A stretch of 58,473 nucleotides of DNA, taken from positions 60,939-119,411 of the forward strand of contig JBBSWI010000008.1 of NCBI GenBank assembly GCA_038046405.1, read 5' to 3'. Shown one piece after another: positions 51,113-58,473 of the stretch; positions within the stretch are counted from its first letter, which is position 1; each line of letters starts with the position of its first letter. The stretch comes from Nanobdellota archaeon (lineage in GTDB: Archaea > Nanobdellota > Nanobdellia > SCGC-AAA011-G17 > JAGVZF01). Under the pieces are notes generated by a model. The model searched no databases. It was given only the letters and a program-made list of their open reading frames with translations, and had not been told where the DNA came from. A program made the translations under genes and the position numbers.

Positions 51113-53035
51113 TCAAATTTTATTTCTGCCTCGCTGCTTTTCATAGATTCTTTCTAGGTCTTTTAGAGTTGTGATGTCCTTTAATGGTTTGTCCTGCCTT
51201 AAATTTTTAATCCTTGGGAATCTTAAGGCATAGCCGCTTGAATAAGTAGGGCTTTTCTGGACTTCTTCATATATTACTTCGACTATTATCTTCGGCTTTA
51301 CTGTCACGTTTCTTCCCTGTTTTTTTATTATTAATTGATTGAGCAGATTTGTCATCTCCTCATAGCTTAAGCCCTCTTCTGACTTTTCCTTTAAGCCTGA
51401 ACTAGACATTCCGCATTCAAGCAGCTTATTTTGGCCTTTGCAGGCAAGCGCATAGGAACTTAAGAAAGCGGCTCTTTTTCCTTCTCCATAAGTTGCTCCG
51501 ATTATTACTAGGTCTAGAGGTTCTAGACTAGGCTTGAACTTAATCCAGCCACCGACTCTTCTGCCCGGAGTGTATTTTTTATCCAGGTTTTTAAGCATAA
51601 TACCTTCATTTCCCGCCTTAAGTGATTCCTTATAGAATTTTTCAACTTCAGGGACTGAATCTGTGATTAATTTTTTAGCAGTCCTTATCTTTCCAGGAAT
51701 TGGCTTTACTAGCTTCTCCACTATAGAGCGGCGTTCTTTTTGAGGAGAGTCAATTAAGCTTTTTCCGTCTAAATACAGCACGTCAAAAACATTAATCTCG
51801 ACAGTAACTTCTTTTGCTGTTCTCTCTATATGGTATTTTCTTTTTATCCTCTGCGAGATGTTCTGGAACGGCAAATATTTTCTTGTTTTAGGATCAATGC
51901 CTACAACCTCGCAGTCTATAATAAAAGAACTGCTTTTAATGCTGTCCTTGACTACCTGAATTAATTCCTTAAATTGGTTCAGCACATTTTCTAGACGCCT
52001 GGTATAAAACCAAAACCTGTCTTTGTCACGATGAATTTGGAGCCTAAAACCATCTAATTTGTACTCTGCCAATAAAGAGCTTCCTAAAGCTTCGAAGCAT
52101 TCTTCAAATGTTTCTACCCTTACAGCTAGCATCGGATTAATCGGGATGCCTGGATTGATTCTTATCTTTAAAGTGGTGTTGTCTTTCAGTGCAATAGCCA
52201 CTTGAGAAAAGTCATTGCACATATCATAAAGTTCTTGAACCTCATCGATGAAGTAATTATAAATGCTGCGGGCCAGTTTTTCGTCTTCTACTGTTATAAT
52301 GCTGTATTCTCGGATTTTGCTCTTTAACTTCTTTATATCTTCCAATGATGAAACTTTTATCGAGTTCTTGAAGGTTTTTTTTGATTCTTCCTTAAAGTCT
52401 AGCTCTAGCTTTTTTTTACAGTTTGGGCAATTAATAATGCCGGGCACTAATTCCTTGCAATTTTCACATTTAAAGAAAATGCCTATGACTTTTGGATAGG
52501 ATGTCCATGCAATCGCGTCCCTTAAAATGCCTTCTGCAATGCCGACTCTTAATTGCCCCAGAATAGTTCTTATTATGAACTTGGCTTCGTTTGATGTTGC
52601 ACTCGTCAATAATTCTGCCACCAAAGAAACTTTCCTTGAAACGGTTCCTTGGCCTTCTAAAGAGGCAAGCGTTTCTAAATTGCCGAATACTTTTTTTACG
52701 GTTAATTTGCTTGAAAACAGTGTAGTTTGTTTTTTTGAGGCGATCAATTTATCGGCCACTAATCCTAAATCTCCTTTCTCTGCCCATAGTTTTTCTATGG
52801 TTTCAGTACTAGAGCCAGTTGCCTGGGATATGGCTTTTATTACTAGCCTTGAAGACACTCCCAGCTCTCTTGGATCATATGAAGCATAAATACGACCTTC
52901 AAGCAAGAAAATCACATGCCTGAAATCCTCTTTTTTTGTTTCACCCAACAATTTTGAGACAATAAATGTCTTTTCCAGCCTTTTGGTTGTTTTCTCAAGT
53001 TGCTCGTAGAAAGAAACTAAGTTAATGTACTCCAT
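51113..53035 (-). CDS. lig: ATP-dependent DNA ligase with a roughly 70-aa zinc-ribbon insertion in the DNA-binding domain
   Basis: AEYKLDGFRLQIH (KxDG), ...EGIMLK..., ...WIKFK motifs. Insert includes CENC-N9-CPNC. Confidence 0.9.
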   Translation of the reverse strand: MEYINLVSFYEQLEKTTKRLEKTFIVSKLLGETKKEDFRHVIFLLEGRIYASYDPRELGVSSRLVIKAISQATGSSTETIEKLWAEKGDLGLVADKLIASKKQTTLFSSKLTVKKVFGNLETLASLEGQGTVSRKVSLVAELLTSATSNEAKFIIRTILGQLRVGIAEGILRDAIAWTSYPKVIGIFFKCENCKELVPGIINCPNCKKKLELDFKEESKKTFKNSIKVSSLEDIKKLKSKIREYSIITVEDEKLARSIYNYFIDEVQELYDMCNDFSQVAIALKDNTTLKIRINPGIPINPMLAVRVETFEECFEALGSSLLAEYKLDGFRLQIHRDKDRFWFYTRRLENVLNQFKELIQVVKDSIKSSSFIIDCEVVGIDPKTRKYLPFQNISQRIKRKYHIERTAKEVTVEINVFDVLYLDGKSLIDSPQKERRSIVEKLVKPIPGKIRTAKKLITDSVPEVEKFYKESLKAGNEGIMLKNLDKKYTPGRRVGGWIKFKPSLEPLDLVIIGATYGEGKRAAFLSSYALACKGQNKLLECGMSSSGLKEKSEEGLSYEEMTNLLNQLIIKKQGRNVTVKPKIIVEVIYEEVQKSPTYSSGYALRFPRIKNLRQDKPLKDITTLKDLERIYEKQRGRNKI

Positions 53036-53116
53036 GATTTTTTGGTTACTTCGAAAAATAAAAAGCTTTGTATTTTGTTTATAAGTAGTCTTGGAAAGAA
53101 GTTTTCTCCGATTTTT

Positions 53117-53866
53117 TTATTCTTTTTTTGCTAAACTCCATAGATTATAAAAGAAACTTCTGAAGGATAGTGCTATTTCTGGATTTCTAATAGCTAAACA
53201 GGAGGGAACTTCACCATATGTATAAATATGAATAGTGTCGTTCATAACATCAACTGCTGATGGTGTAATACCCTCCAAGACCCTGACTTCAGTGTACTTC
53301 ATTTTCTTAAATGCCTCGAAGTATTCAGTGTCTCTGTCAGAAAATAGTACTTTGCAAAGAATTTTTCTCTTTATCCTAGCCTTATGCCATCTTTGAAACA
53401 TTATATTGTACTGCTTCTTTTTTGAGGAAATGACACCCATAGTGAGATCTTCATCATTAGTGGTTAGTTCTTCTAATGACTCATAGATAGCAGCTTCAAT
53501 GCCTTTTATGCCCCTAAACAGATTAGTTTCATAGTTTTTCTTAGTAGAATTTCTTATTGCTAACAAGGAAGGCAGTAGTTGAAGGATTTTCTGCTCTTTT
53601 TCCTTAAGAGACTGTTCTTTATTGTGAAGATAATCTATAATTCTGTTCGGAGAGGCAGCAGTGAAGTACTTTGTCTTCTCTTTTATGATAAAACTTGCTA
53701 GTCCCTTGTCAATGAGTTTTCCTAATATAACATATACCTTCCCACTGGAGATTTTAGCATGTTCTATTATCAGGCCCGTAGTTGATTCACCTAATTTTAG
53801 CAAAGCTAAATAAACTTTTATTTCACCCTTTGTGAAGCCTATGTCTTCTAGCAAAGTTGGGTCCAT
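53117..53866 (-). CDS. TrmB-like winged-helix regulator, paralog of 38245-39012
   Basis: FTKGEIKVYLALLKLGESTTGLIIEHAKISSGKVYVILGKLIDKGL and a matching C-terminal domain ending ...FRSFFYNLWSLAKK. Confidence 0.7.
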   Translation of the reverse strand: MDPTLLEDIGFTKGEIKVYLALLKLGESTTGLIIEHAKISSGKVYVILGKLIDKGLASFIIKEKTKYFTAASPNRIIDYLHNKEQSLKEKEQKILQLLPSLLAIRNSTKKNYETNLFRGIKGIEAAIYESLEELTTNDEDLTMGVISSKKKQYNIMFQRWHKARIKRKILCKVLFSDRDTEYFEAFKKMKYTEVRVLEGITPSAVDVMNDTIHIYTYGEVPSCLAIRNPEIALSFRSFFYNLWSLAKKE

Positions 53867-53992
53867 ATATAATTCTTAAAATCACTTATATATAAATCCT
53901 ATCATTTACTCCCTACCTAGGAGGTAATAAAATATATATACTATATGACTATGCTACTACTATTAAATAATAAAATATTGGGGCAAATAAAA

Positions 53993-54436
53993 ATGACAAC
54001 AAGGGAAGAAATATTTAATGAAATGGAAAGACTGAGAAAGGAATGCGCTGAAAAAAGTAAAAAATTTTTGGAACATATTGGTTTAGAATTTGACGAAGAA
54101 AAATTTAATGGCGGAGAATTTTGGCAGCACTATCTTAATAATCTCTCGTTAAAAACTTCATGCAAATTTAGAGATGATGTCGAGAAACTCGCTATTAAAG
54201 ATAATACTTGTGATATAAAAGGATTTTACCTAAATTCAGATTCTAGCGAATTAAGAAAATCTCAAAGTCTAAGGCAATTTCATATGACCATTGATAAAGT
54301 AATCGCTGAAGAAAAAATAGATTTAGAAGAATTAAGAACCATTAGTGATATTGCTGAAATAAATAAGAGACTATTTGGTGCCTACATAAGACTTAGGGAA
54401 TTAGGATACAATCACTGGCCAGATTTAACAGCGTAG
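53993..54436 (+). CDS. hypothetical protein
   Basis: ORF with no recognised motif. The start was chosen at the second-tier ATG; the track ORF starts at 53945. Confidence 0.5.
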   Translation: MTTREEIFNEMERLRKECAEKSKKFLEHIGLEFDEEKFNGGEFWQHYLNNLSLKTSCKFRDDVEKLAIKDNTCDIKGFYLNSDSSELRKSQSLRQFHMTIDKVIAEEKIDLEELRTISDIAEINKRLFGAYIRLRELGYNHWPDLTA

Positions 54437-54462
54437 GTAAAATATATTGGGAGGAAACAAAA

Positions 54463-54804
54463 ATGGATGTATCTTTTAGAGATAAAATGATTCTACACGA
54501 GATTAATCATGAAGAATATCTAAAGGTGGTTGACTATATTTGCAACACCGAAGGCTTATTATTTGGTAGTTACGAAGGTAAACCACTGATTATTGAGTCA
54601 AATAGAGTCTATGGCCCCCCCATGTGTTATCAGATAGTTCGCATAGGGATAGCTTCATTAGAAATATCATTATTTAAAGCAGCATCTGAAACAGAAAAAA
54701 GACATTATAGGGCTAACAAAAGAATAATAAACGAAGCAGTAAGTGGTCTTGTGAAAATTCTCTTTTCCACAGAAACTAACAAAAATATTAACGAAGCTAT
54801 CTAA
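54463..54804 (+). CDS. hypothetical protein
   Basis: GGGAGG SD 8 nt upstream. No recognised motif. Confidence 0.55.
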   Translation: MDVSFRDKMILHEINHEEYLKVVDYICNTEGLLFGSYEGKPLIIESNRVYGPPMCYQIVRIGIASLEISLFKAASETEKRHYRANKRIINEAVSGLVKILFSTETNKNINEAI

Positions 54805-54912
54805 TTTATTTTTCTCTTTTCTTTTTTATACGCAATTATTACAGTGTATATTTAAATGTATTTTCACTTAACCAACCAATAGATTTATTAAATTGCTTAT
54901 TTTTTTACTGAT

Positions 54913-55569
54913 ATGCAATTAAACGAATGCCTCGAAAAAAGAGCAAGCTACAGAAGTTACAACAGCAAAGAGGTTTCTTGGGAAGATTTAATAGCAATAT
55001 TAAATGCTGCAAGGCTAAGCCCTAGTTCTGGGAACTTGCAGAACTGGTCTTTTATCGTAGTTCAGAAACCTGAAATAAAAGAAGAGATAAGCAAGGCTGC
55101 CTTAAATCAGGTTTGGATTAATCAGGCTCCTTTAGTGATAGTTGTATGCAGCAGGCTTGAGAACATAAAGAGGCATTATGACGAGAGAGGAGAGAAGCTT
55201 TATGCCATACAAAACTGCGCTGCGGCAATAAACAACATTTTGCTTAAATCAACTGATTTAGGAATGGCCTCTTGCTGGATCAATGCTTTTGATGATAATG
55301 CAATCAAGAGAATCTTGAAGATTCCTGATTCTGTGGTGCCGCAAGGAATTATTACAATAGGCTATAGCGATGAAAAAATCGAGAAAATGAAAAGGTACGA
55401 ACTAGATTTGTTGATTCATTTCGATGAGTGGAACGGCAAGAAAGCAGAAGGATTATTCCCGTTGAAAGAGCACAGGCAAGATGCTATGGAAGGCCTTTCT
55501 GAAACAAGAAACAAAACAAAGAATTTCTTTTCAAGCTTGTTTGCAAGATTCAAGAAAAAACAACAATAG
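54913..55569 (+). CDS. nitroreductase family protein
   Basis: KRASYRSY......ILNAARLSPSSGNLQNWSFIVV motif. Confidence 0.85.
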   Translation: MQLNECLEKRASYRSYNSKEVSWEDLIAILNAARLSPSSGNLQNWSFIVVQKPEIKEEISKAALNQVWINQAPLVIVVCSRLENIKRHYDERGEKLYAIQNCAAAINNILLKSTDLGMASCWINAFDDNAIKRILKIPDSVVPQGIITIGYSDEKIEKMKRYELDLLIHFDEWNGKKAEGLFPLKEHRQDAMEGLSETRNKTKNFFSSLFARFKKKQQ

Positions 55570-55623
55570 TTTACTGTTGAATTTTTAGAATTTCGTTTAA
55601 GAATTTAAAAAAAATAAAAAAAA

Positions 55624-55644
55624 GCTAATGCCATGGGCATTAGC
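55624..55644. terminator. perfect 9-bp palindromic hairpin GCTAATGCC-ATG-GGCATTAGC between convergent genes
   Basis: Preceded by an A-run on the plus strand, which reads as a T-run on the minus strand. Confidence 0.35.
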
Positions 55645-55695
55645 GAAATTATTAAACAGGGCAATTTAAGGGGGTTTAGAAGTCTTTGATTGCCC

Positions 55696-56778
55696 TTATT
55701 TAATCATGTCAATTCCCAGCTCCCTTGAAAGGTGCGCTCTCTTCTGCATTGTTTTTCCTTTGTCAGCCCTTCCAAGAATGTAGGCACTGTTCACGCCGGT
55801 AATAATCGTCATTACCCTTAGCTTGCCGTTCATCTTCTCGGAGATTCTTGCGCCCCAGATTACGTTTGCGTCAGGATCAAGCGCTTCTGTCACTAGCTCG
55901 CCCACTTGATTTACCTCATCAAGCAATAGGTCGTCGCCGCCAGTTACATGTATTAAAGCTCCTGTTGCACCTTCATAGCTTACATCCAATAAAGGATTGG
56001 TCAGTGCCCTTCTTGCAGCTTCGTCTACTCTGTTTTCTGAATCAGACTCACCTACTCCGATTACTGAGACGTCTCCATTAGACATTATTGCCTTTACGTC
56101 AGCATAGTCTAGATTGACTAATGAAGGAACTGCTATTATTTCTACTATTGACTTGATCATTGTCGAGATTAATTCATTTGCAACGGCAAATGCTTGCTGC
56201 ACTGGCAAGTTTCCTGCTATCGAGACCAGCCTGTTGTTGTCAACTACAATTACAGTATCACTTACATCCCTTAACTGCTGTAATCCAAACTCGGCTTTGT
56301 CGATTCTTGCCCTCTCTATGTTGAATGGCATTGTCACAGCACCGATTACTATGGCCCCCATCTCTTTTGCAACTTGCGCGACTACTGGAGCAGCTCCTGT
56401 TCCTGTTCCACCGCCCATGCCTGCGCATACAAACACCATGTCGGATTCTTTAAGGGCTTCTTTAATATCATACAATGCTTCTTTGGCAGCTTCTCTTCCT
56501 TTTTCTAGGAAACCACCAGCTCCTAATCCACGAGTTAACTCGCGACCTATCAATATTTTCCTGTCGCCTTCAGAAATGTCTAAGTGCTGCTTGTCTGTGT
56601 TCATTATTATTACTTCTGCTCCTTGAATGCCTTTTTTGTATAGCCAAGAAACAGCATTACAACCACCACCGCCAACGCCAACAACCTTCATGTTAGCTTG
56701 ACCGACTTTTATGTCTTCACTTGTTTTTGTTTCGCCCTGTCTTTTCAAGGCCTCTGAAATTATAAAGTTCGTAACCAT
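55696..56778 (-). CDS. ftsZ: cell division protein FtsZ
   Basis: GGGTGTGAAPVVAQVAKEMGA tubulin signature; NTDKQHL; VIVVDN. Confidence 0.95.
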   Translation of the reverse strand: MVTNFIISEALKRQGETKTSEDIKVGQANMKVVGVGGGGCNAVSWLYKKGIQGAEVIIMNTDKQHLDISEGDRKILIGRELTRGLGAGGFLEKGREAAKEALYDIKEALKESDMVFVCAGMGGGTGTGAAPVVAQVAKEMGAIVIGAVTMPFNIERARIDKAEFGLQQLRDVSDTVIVVDNNRLVSIAGNLPVQQAFAVANELISTMIKSIVEIIAVPSLVNLDYADVKAIMSNGDVSVIGVGESDSENRVDEAARRALTNPLLDVSYEGATGALIHVTGGDDLLLDEVNQVGELVTEALDPDANVIWGARISEKMNGKLRVMTIITGVNSAYILGRADKGKTMQKRAHLSRELGIDMIK

Positions 56779-57108
56779 CTTTTCGGGACCCCCGGTTTTT
56801 TGTTTATTATTATGTAAGGTATATATTGCAGTACAATAATATTTATATTATAGTTAACACTATATACCTCTTTAGAACGAGTTTTTATGCGCCAACGTAA
56901 AAGCTTGAAATGATACAATACAAACTAAGTACAAAGGTAAGATTAGATTTAGAGCGTTAAACTTCAATCGCCAAATTGAGTTTAAGCCAATCAAACACTA
57001 ACTTTTTCTATTTTATTACTCAATCAAGTATTTAAATATTATTAATGTTAAAAATATATTTTTTACAATATAAATGTTATTTAATCGTCAATAGATTGTG
57101 TATTTCCG

Positions 57109-58395
57109 ATGAAAGAAGGCGATTATGTAGTGGTTAAAACTAATCTTGATGAGTTAAAAGGAATTTTATTGCCTAGCAAAAAAAGCGATAAAATCTTGCT
57201 AAAATTGGATTCTGGATATAACCTTTCGATAAACAAGAAAGAAATAAGGGAATCTTCAATACTCCAGAAAGAGAAAAAACAAACAACAGAGAAAGAAGGG
57301 AAAATTGAACCGAAGAAAGGATTAAAGAGCATAACAATATTGCATACTGGCGGGACTTTCGCTTCTAGAGTAGACTATAATACTGGGGCAGTGTCTGCCT
57401 CATTCAAGCCAGAAGACTTAATAGAGATGTTTCCTGAAATTAGGAACCTGGCAAATATAAAAAGCAGGCTTATAAGCAACATGTTTTCTGAAGACATGAA
57501 CTTCAACCATTACAATTTAATAGCAAAGGAAATCAAAAATGAAATCGAATCTGGAAATTGCGATGGAATTATTATTACGCATGGAACAGATACCTTGCAC
57601 TATACATCTGCTGCATTGAGCTTTATTTTACATAATTTAAACTGTGCAGTAATATTGACTGGAGCACAAAGAAGCTCTGACAGGGGAAGCAGCGACGCAT
57701 TTCTTAATTTAAATAGTGCAATAAATTTTATCGCGAAGACTGATTTTAGTGGAGTTGCTATCTGCATGCATGAAAATTTAGATGACGAGAATTGTGTAAT
57801 ATTGAATGGATTGAGGGCAAGAAAGATGCACACCTCAAGAAGGGATGCCTTTAAACCCATTAATTCTGCCGCGATAGCAAGAACAAATATGCATAAAGTT
57901 GAATTTCTTTCTGCTTATACTAAGAAACAAGCTACTGGAAAACTGGATTTGAGATTATTTGATCCGAATTTGAAAATCGGGATATTAAAGCTGCACCCGA
58001 ATTTTAAGGCAGAGGAATTAAAATATTGTTCAAAATTCGATGGCTTAATATTGGAAGGTTATGGATTAGCAGGACATCTGCCAATAAACAAGATAGATGA
58101 GTACACTAATGAAAATGAAGAAATATACAATATACTAAAGAAAATTGCAAAGAAGATTCCAGTTGTGGCTACTAGCCAGACTATCTTTGGCAGGACCAAC
58201 ATGAATGTTTACAGCACAGGAAGGAAGATGCTCGAAATTGGAATACTAGGGGATAATTCTGACCTGACAACTGAGACTAGCTTTATTAAGCTGGCTTGGC
58301 TTCTAAGCAATTACAGCAAGGAAGAAGTGAAGAAAATATATAACACTAATTTGATTGGCGAGATTAATGAAAGAAGCCAGCAAGATTTTTTCTAA
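57109..58395 (+). CDS. gatD: Glu-tRNA(Gln) amidotransferase subunit D
   Basis: N-terminal small domain plus asparaginase-like ILHTGGTFAS and ITHGTDTL motifs. About 430 aa, as in archaeal GatD. Confidence 0.85.
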   Translation: MKEGDYVVVKTNLDELKGILLPSKKSDKILLKLDSGYNLSINKKEIRESSILQKEKKQTTEKEGKIEPKKGLKSITILHTGGTFASRVDYNTGAVSASFKPEDLIEMFPEIRNLANIKSRLISNMFSEDMNFNHYNLIAKEIKNEIESGNCDGIIITHGTDTLHYTSAALSFILHNLNCAVILTGAQRSSDRGSSDAFLNLNSAINFIAKTDFSGVAICMHENLDDENCVILNGLRARKMHTSRRDAFKPINSAAIARTNMHKVEFLSAYTKKQATGKLDLRLFDPNLKIGILKLHPNFKAEELKYCSKFDGLILEGYGLAGHLPINKIDEYTNENEEIYNILKKIAKKIPVVATSQTIFGRTNMNVYSTGRKMLEIGILGDNSDLTTETSFIKLAWLLSNYSKEEVKKIYNTNLIGEINERSQQDFF

Positions 58396-58415
58396 AGAAG
58401 CTTTGCACAAAAAGT

Positions 58416-58430
58416 AGTCCTACAAGGACT
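58416..58430 (+). terminator. hairpin AGTCCT-ACA-AGGACT after gatD, followed by a second hairpin ATCGCT-TCTTG-AGCGAT at 58442-58458
   Basis: Seen directly. Function is inferred only. Confidence 0.25.
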
Positions 58431-58473
58431 TTATAGTGCTTATCGCTTCTTGAGCGATTTTAGGGCTTAAGCC

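Noticed and set aside
56779-57108. 330-nt AT-rich intergenic region between ftsZ and gatD as a replication origin or ncRNA
   Set aside because: No repeated ORB-like elements or inverted repeats that I could see, no adjacent cdc6/orc1, and no conserved RNA structure. It is most simply a divergent promoter region.
1-58473. CRISPR arrays, rRNA genes, IS elements or integrase/transposase genes
   Set aside because: I found no regularly spaced direct repeats, no rRNA-like GC-rich stretches, and no ORF with recognisable integrase, transposase or Cas motifs. Absence is judged by eye only.

Overview
Visibly AT-rich archaeal chromosome segment. All calls come from reading the sequence and from remembered family motifs; no search was run. 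Archaeal markers: an HMf-type histone, Alba, eS17, eL14, eL19, eL32, eS4, aSUI1, Rpp29, GatD, FtsZ, an ATP-dependent DNA ligase, and a fused PriS-PriL(CTD) primase. The fused primase is typical of DPANN/Nanoarchaeota-like reduced genomes. GAGGTG-type Shine-Dalgarno sites sit about 5 nt upstream of many start codons.

Layout:
- 0-11 kb: housekeeping genes (pgk 3' end, two tandem tRNA-Ala, YjeF_N, COG1373 ATPase, HAD, HIT, tRNA-Met, 2-hydroxyacid dehydrogenase, eno, ppsA), interspersed with decayed gene remnants and a tRNA-linked toxin-antitoxin (TA) patch.
- 11-19 kb: secreted thioredoxin-like protein, beta-propeller protein, Kef-type antiporter, Alba, eS17, primase, prefoldin alpha, eL14, DUF106.
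- 19.1-32.8 kb, minus strand: one uninterrupted operon of 23 ribosomal protein genes plus aSUI1, Rpp29 and secY.
- 33-58 kb: accessory-rich. It holds three intron-containing tRNAs, three AbrB-PIN cassettes, tRNA 3'-end scars, TrmB-like paralogs, a sigma-like/ChlI-like AAA+/vWA/PEGA module, ligase, ftsZ and gatD.

Most notable observations:
1. The alba reading frame is split by a 31-nt hairpin-forming insert. Removing exactly those 31 nt restores the conserved KPxMNYV motif, so this is a candidate intron in a protein-coding gene.
2. tRNA-Gln, tRNA-Glu and tRNA-Val all carry D-arm introns. Two of them are 23 nt, at the same position, with the same bulge-helix-bulge (BHB) layout.
3. AbrB-PIN cassettes sit directly 3' of tRNA genes and are bounded by partial copies of the tRNA 3' end. 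Two of these scars share an odd composite architecture. No integrase is present.
4. ppsA appears to start at ATC behind a perfect SD.
5. A roughly 104-nt near-identical segment encodes K/E-rich tails on both uS3 and eL32.
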